A stretch of 35,789 bases of DNA from an uncultured Bacteriovoracaceae bacterium. Its GTDB lineage: Bacteria > Desulfobacterota > Desulfomonilia > UBA1062. Position 1 is the first letter of the stretch. Each line of letters opens with the position of its first letter. The notes under the pieces are model-generated. The model was given only the letters and a program-made list of their open reading frames with translations. It did not search any database and had not been told where the DNA came from. Both the position numbers and the translations under genes were made by a program. Positions 35,725 through 35,789 of the stretch are shown piece by piece. Location: assembly GCA_964353605.1 (NCBI GenBank), contig CAYGXB010000001.1, positions 3,932-39,720 on the forward strand. The letters run 5' to 3'.

Positions 35725-35789
35725 GTCGTGTCTTAACGGGCTGTTGCCCAAATGCCAGACTCCACGGAATGCCAAAGAAAGAAATGCTT

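Noticed and set aside
1-35789. Scan for CRISPR arrays, tRNA/rRNA genes, IS elements, integrases and toxin-antitoxin pairs
   Set aside because: No spaced direct repeats, tRNA-like GTTCGAATC arms, transposase or integrase motifs were seen. The AbrB-like gene is followed by a Cys-rich protein, not by a recognisable toxin fold.

Overview
Window from a fairly GC-rich bacterium. Gene order, [Fe-S]/selenoprotein content and the anaerobe-type arsM suggest a Desulfobacterota/Syntrophia-like anaerobe (inference only). No rRNA, tRNA, CRISPR array, transposase or integrase was seen.

Layout:
(1) 1-5.0 kb: 5'-truncated 8-blade PQQ-like propeller gene, a GNAT, and a glgX-metallophosphoesterase pair.
(2) 5.1-10.3 kb: a minus-strand run of small-molecule-modifying genes: nitroreductase, truncated methyltransferase, PhzF, a 4-gene arsM operon, VOC, methyltransferase, GNAT.
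(3) 10.5-13.8 kb: an ATGA-coupled DHH phosphoesterase/DUF429 pair, divergent from an RdgC-like gene.
(4) 13.9-20.0 kb: housekeeping block yceD-rpmF-fabD-fabG-acpP-fabF-rpiB-glyA-nrdR.
(5) 20.0-31.8 kb: accessory segment. It holds a decayed ferredoxin pseudogene, an MgtC/DUF4010 membrane protein, a three-domain GDPD lipoprotein, a secreted protein with DUF523-DUF1722, a metallophosphoesterase-nucleotidyltransferase fusion, an AT-richer PQQ-like lipoprotein, an HXXEE membrane protein and a 400-nt structured non-coding stretch.
(6) 31.8-35.7 kb: ribD-ribE-ribBA-ribH-nusB.

Most notable result: the arsM operon at 7036-8739 (minus strand). It has a strong sigma70-like promoter buried in an array of TCTGAT/ATCAGA half-sites. 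It encodes an AbrB/SpoVT-fold protein with three vicinal Cys pairs, a small Met/Cys-rich protein with a duplicated FFxACCExM motif, ArsM, and a glutaredoxin-fold selenoprotein. The selenoprotein is absent from the ORF track because it has two in-frame UGA codons (U-P-Y-T active site and C-terminal U-G-V-stop). Each UGA is followed 12-13 nt later by a 5-bp GC stem with an identical AGGUC loop.

All calls come from reading the sequence and from remembered family motifs. No searches or computations were run.
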